NCBI RefSeq assembly: GCF_039654945.1
Contig: NW_027361784.1
Coordinates: 35,526,001-35,590,000 of the forward strand
DNA from: Dendrobates tinctorius
Lineage: Eukaryota
DNA: 64,000 bases
Direction of reading: 5' to 3'
Shown: positions 59,820 to 64,000 of the stretch, piece by piece
Layout: each line of letters starts with the position of its first letter
How positions within the stretch are numbered: position 1 is the stretch's first letter
The notes under the pieces: model-generated
Told to the model about the DNA's origin: nothing
Database searches by the model: none
Seen by the model: only the letters and a program-made list of their open reading frames with translations
Position numbers and translations under genes: made by a program

Positions 59820-61925
59820 GGAGGAGTTGAGCTGTAATATCACCTATTGTGAATGGTGGATCCATGTTATGTACTGTATACAGAGGTGTTATCAGTCATT
59901 ATACAGGAGGAGGAGGTGAGCTGTGATCTCACCCATTGTGAATGGTGGAACCTGTGTTATCTACTGTATATAGAGGTGTTATCAGTCATTGTAAAGGAGG
60001 AGGAGGTGAGCTGTTACATCTATTCTAATTGGTGGATCCTGTGCCATCTACTGTATGTAGAGGTGATATTAGCTAATGTACAGGAGGAGGAGGTGAGCTG
60101 AGACATCACCTATTGTGAATGGTAGATCCTGTGCCATCTACTGTATATACAGTGCCTTGTGAAAGTATTTGGCCCCCTGGAATTTTTCAACCTTTTCCCA
60201 GATATCATACTGCAAACATAAAGGTACCAAATGTAAATTTTTGGTGAAGAATCAACAACAAGTGGGACACAATTGTGAAGTTGAACGAAATTTATTGGTT
60301 ATTTTAAATTTTTGTGGAAATTCAAAAACTGAACAGTGGGGCGTGCAGTATTATTCGGCCATTTTAACTTAATACTTTGTTGTGCCACCTTTTGCTGCGA
60401 TTACAGCTGCAGTCGCTTGGGGAATGTCTCTATCAGTTTTGTACATCGAGAGACTGAAATTCTTGCCCATTCTTCCTTGGCAAACAGCTCGAGCTCAGTG
60501 AGGTTGGATGGAGATCGTTTGTGAACAGCAGTTTTCAGCTCTTTCCACAGATTCTCGATTGGATTCAGGTGTGGACTGTGACTTGGCCATTCTAACACCT
60601 GGATACATTTATTTGTGAACCATTCCATTGGAGATTTTGCTTTATGTTTGGGATCATTGTCTTGTTGGAAGACAAATCTCCGTCCCAGTCACAGGTCTTT
60701 TGCAGACTCCAACAGGTTTTCTTCAAGAATGGTCCTGTATTTGGCTCCATCCATCTTCCCATCAATTTTAACCATCTTCCCTGTCCCTGCTGAAGAAAAG
60801 CAGGCCCAATCCATGATGCTGCCACCACCATGTTTGACAGTGGGGATGGTGTGTTCATGGGCTGTGTTGCCTTTACGCCAAACTTATCGTTTGGCATTGT
60901 TGCCAAAAAGTTAGATTTTGGTTTCATCTGACCAGAGCACCTTCTTCCACATGTTTGGTGTGTCTCCCAGGTGGCTTGTTGCAAACTTTAAACGACACTT
61001 TTTATGGATATCTTTGAGAAATGGCTTTCTTCTTGCCACTCTTCCATAAAGGCCAGATTTGTGCAGTGTACGACTGATTGTTGTCCTATGGACAGACTGT
61101 CCCACCTCAGCTGTAGATCTCTGCAGTTCATCCAGAGTGATCATGGGCCTCTTGGCTGCATCTCTGATCAGTCTTCTCCTTGTTTGAGATGAAAGTTTAG
61201 AGGGACGGCCGGGTCTTGGTAGATTTGCAGTGGTATGATACGCCTTCCATTTCAATATGATCGCTTGCACAGTGCTCCTTGGGATGTTTAAAGTTTTGGA
61301 AATCATTTTGTATCCAAATCCGGCTTTAAACTTCCCCACAACAGTATCACGGACCTGCCTGTTGTGTTCCTTGGTCTTCATGATGCTCTCTGTGCTTCAA
61401 ACAGAACCCTGAGGCTATCACAGAGCAGGTGCATTTATACGGAGACTTGATTACACACAGGTGGATTATATTTATCATCATTAGTCATTTAGGACAACAT
61501 TGGATCATTCAGAGATCCAAAATGAACTTCTGGAGTGAGTTTGCTGCACTGAAAGTAAAGGGGCCGAATAATATTGCACGCCGCACTTTTCAGTTTTTGA
61601 ATTTCCACAAAAATTTAAAATAACCAATAAACTTCGTTCAACTTCACAATTGTGTCCCACTTGTTGATTCTTCACCAAAACTTTACATTTGGTATCTTTA
61701 TGTTTGAAGCATGATATGCGGGAAAAGGTTGAAAAGTTCCAGGGGGGCCGAATACTTTCGCAAGGCACTGTAGAGGTGTTATCAGTTATTGTTGTCACAG
61801 CTCAACTCCTCTTCCTGTACATCACCTATTGTGAATGGTGGATCCTGTGTTATCTTCTACAGTGGGTGTTATCAGATATTGTACAGGAGGAGGAGGAGGT
61901 GAGCTGTAACATCAACAATTGTGAA
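59820..61925 (-). repeat. ~90-bp minisatellite (inverse of 42520-42940) split by a Tc1 at a TA
   Basis: CTACTGTATA|TA|GAGGTGTTATCAG unit continues on both sides of the Tc1. Confidence 0.85.
60150..61770 (-). mobile_element. Full-length but frameshifted IR-DR Tc1 (Passport-like termini)
   Basis: TA TSD, TIR CAGTGCCTTG(T/C)GAAAGTATT(T/C)GGCCCCC, ~210-bp TIRs. MKTKEHNRQVRD...GRPSKL...LWSDETKI stop; ...SPHLNPIENLW. Confidence 0.94.
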
Positions 61926-62160
61926 TGAAGTGACCTGTTTTTGACCAAGCTACAATTTTGAAAGTATTCACCAATCAGGTCTGGGTAGTCGCTAAAATGG
62001 GAGCAGGGGGGATTGATGGGAGAGAGTATACTTGTTTTTAGTTATTTATTTTTTTTTTTCTAAAGCTTTGGATATACATTTTTTTTCCTATAATATATCA
62101 CCTCTATGTAAGGTGATGGTCTTGTATCTTTACAGTAGGTTTCCATTTTTTTTTTTTAAG

Positions 62161-62243
62161 GTTTATTGGCCTCGAAAGCGGTGGTCCTGGAGGATGCCGA
62201 AAAGAAGCAGAAAGCTACTGAAAATCCTGCAAATCAGGAAGAG
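62161..62243 (+). CDS. phf20l1: phf20l1 coding exon 7
   Basis: tttaag| (G)LLASKAVVLEDAEKKQKATENPANQEE |gtatga. 83 nt. The gene continues beyond the window. Confidence 0.93.
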
Positions 62244-63109
62244 GTATGAAATGGGCGAGTGCGGACCCACATCAGGGCTGTACCTTACTGAACCTTAAAC
62301 CAGTGCCTGTTTCTGATGCAAAAGCTTTTTACCTGCATAAGTGAAAGGGCTGCACGCGCTCCCAGTATTGTACGTCGGCCCCCCGTGCCCCCTCACCCTT
62401 TCTATATATACATTTACAAGCACTTTGCTTTACTCGTCTAGCCTCGACTAGGGGCTACGTTACATTGTAATTTGGGAGATTTTTTTTTCCCCCTCTCTGC
62501 ACCACAATCAGCAGCCGGTTGAATCAGAAATGCAGCTATAGATGTGACTTCTGTATATGGGAGGTAAAGCAACTATTTATATATGTAGATATAAGCTGAA
62601 AAAGACAAAAAAAAAAAGTATCCAAAACTGGTGCAGAAATAAATCAGTCAGTATTACGGGTGCTTTGTGCTAAATGTGAGAATTTGGGACATTCCTTCTA
62701 TAGTTTCATATTTTTCACTTTTATTTTTATAGTTCTATAGTAATTGATGAAAATTGAACTGAATATGTAAAAGATGCATAAGAAGTGTATAATTGGGTCC
62801 CACTGTAATGTTACATTTGTAGTTTGATTAAGCTGTGTATGTGTGTATGTGTGTCGGGCCGTTGTGTAAGATGTAAACACATAAGAAAGCGATGGTTTGG
62901 AAATCTCTATAGAACAGATCAGAAAGTGAACGTTGGACATTTTTTCCATTTCATTTGGATATAGTTCATTTAGAAATTGATGGCAGTAACTCATCTCAGA
63001 AAAGTCATGCCTGTGCCATGTCCACCATTGTGTACCCCGTCCCCTATTCTCTGTGCAACAGTCTGCAAACGTCGGGGAAGTAAGCAGACGATCGCTGGAG
63101 TTTCAATAG

Positions 63110-63470
63110 AGGAATGTTGTCCGGTTCTTGTCTGAAGTCAGATTCTCACTTCTCCACAGTTCGGGGTCTTTGCCGGATTTTTTGTTTCATAAGAGCCTAT
63201 ATTTTATATTGGTGTAAGGTCCGAACTGCAGGCGGCCAGGTCATCACTCCTCAGCGGAGACGCGCTGCTGTGATGGATGCAGTATGTAGTTTACCAATGT
63301 CTGCTGAAATATACAAGAAATTCCCTGAAATAGATGCCTGGATGGAGCAGATGTTATTCTATCCCCTCTGTAAAAAGCTCAGCACTGATAACGACTTTCA
63401 TATGTGGTCTGCCCCTGCCATAGGCACTAATGCAGCCCCAACCACCTGAGATGCAGAGCTGTGTGCTGAT
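63110..63470 (-). pseudogene. Tc1 transposase relic
   Basis: WGCISAYGRG motif, then degenerate FQ.DIG.L / WP.AV segments. Confidence 0.6.
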
Positions 63471-64000
63471 AACAAGCTGGATGGTCCCTCTCCTCGATAA
63501 CAAGCTGGATGGTCCCTTTCGTTGATAACAAGCTGGTTGGTCCCGCTCCTTGATAACAAGCTGGATGGTCCCTCTCCTCGATAACAAGCTGGATGGTCCC
63601 TTTCCTTGATAACAAGCTGGTTGGTACCTCTCCTTGATAACAAGCTGGATGGTCCCTTTCTTTGATAACAAGCTGGATGGTCCCTTTCCTTGATAACAAG
63701 CTGGATGGTCCCTCTCCTTGATAACAAGCTGGATGGTCCCTCTCCTTGATAACAAGCTGGATGGTCCCTCTCCTTGATAACAAGCTGGATGGTCCCTCTC
63801 CTTGATAACAAGCTGGATGGTCCCTTTCCTTGATAACAAGCTGGTTGGTCCCTCTCCTTGATAACAAGCTGGATGGTCCCACTTCTTGATAACAAGCTGG
63901 GTAGACCCTTTCCTTGATAACAAGCTGGATGGTCCCTTTCTTTGATAACAAGCTGGATGGTCCCCTTCCTTGATAACAAGCTGGATGGTCCCTTTCCTTG
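63466..64000 (+). repeat. 28-bp minisatellite (TTGATAACAAGCTGGATGGTCCCTTTCC), >=19 copies, runs off the window
   Basis: Direct tandem repeat; the ORF track shows 28-aa periodicity (3 x 28 nt). Confidence 0.97.

Noticed and set aside
63466-64000. 28-bp repeats of CRISPR-like length and 170-190-aa ORFs
   Set aside because: No spacers. The ORFs are translations of a stop-free tandem unit.

Overview
This is eukaryotic DNA, most likely a frog (anuran), inferred from the V-SINE, CR1, T2/Kolobok-like and Harbinger MITEs and the Tc1 families. It is not prokaryotic: there is no CRISPR array, operon, rRNA or true tRNA gene. One host gene is supported: the 5' part of phf20l1 (+ strand). It has a CpG-rich, probably bidirectional promoter at ~22.0-22.4 kb and seven coding exons from 30459 to 62243 encoding the two Tudor domains and the following linker. 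The rest is transposable elements and satellites. The main structure is a nested stack at 2.9-19 kb with every junction readable. A decayed sushi-type chromovirus (element A, 776-bp LTRs, TSD ATAGG) is split by a ~3.3-kb non-autonomous hAT element that is almost entirely a foldback palindrome (TSD GTCTTCAG). That hAT element carries an apparently intact young chromovirus (element B, 604-bp LTRs that look identical) and an intact DD36E Tc1/mariner. Both chromoviruses have Tf1-type self-priming PBS/LTR complementarity, and B has a slippery site followed by a pseudoknot. I found no clearly new biological system. The best leads are the foldback hAT, the two potentially active elements, a candidate poison exon in phf20l1 and a minisatellite derived from Tc1 coding sequence. 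All alignments and counts were made by eye.
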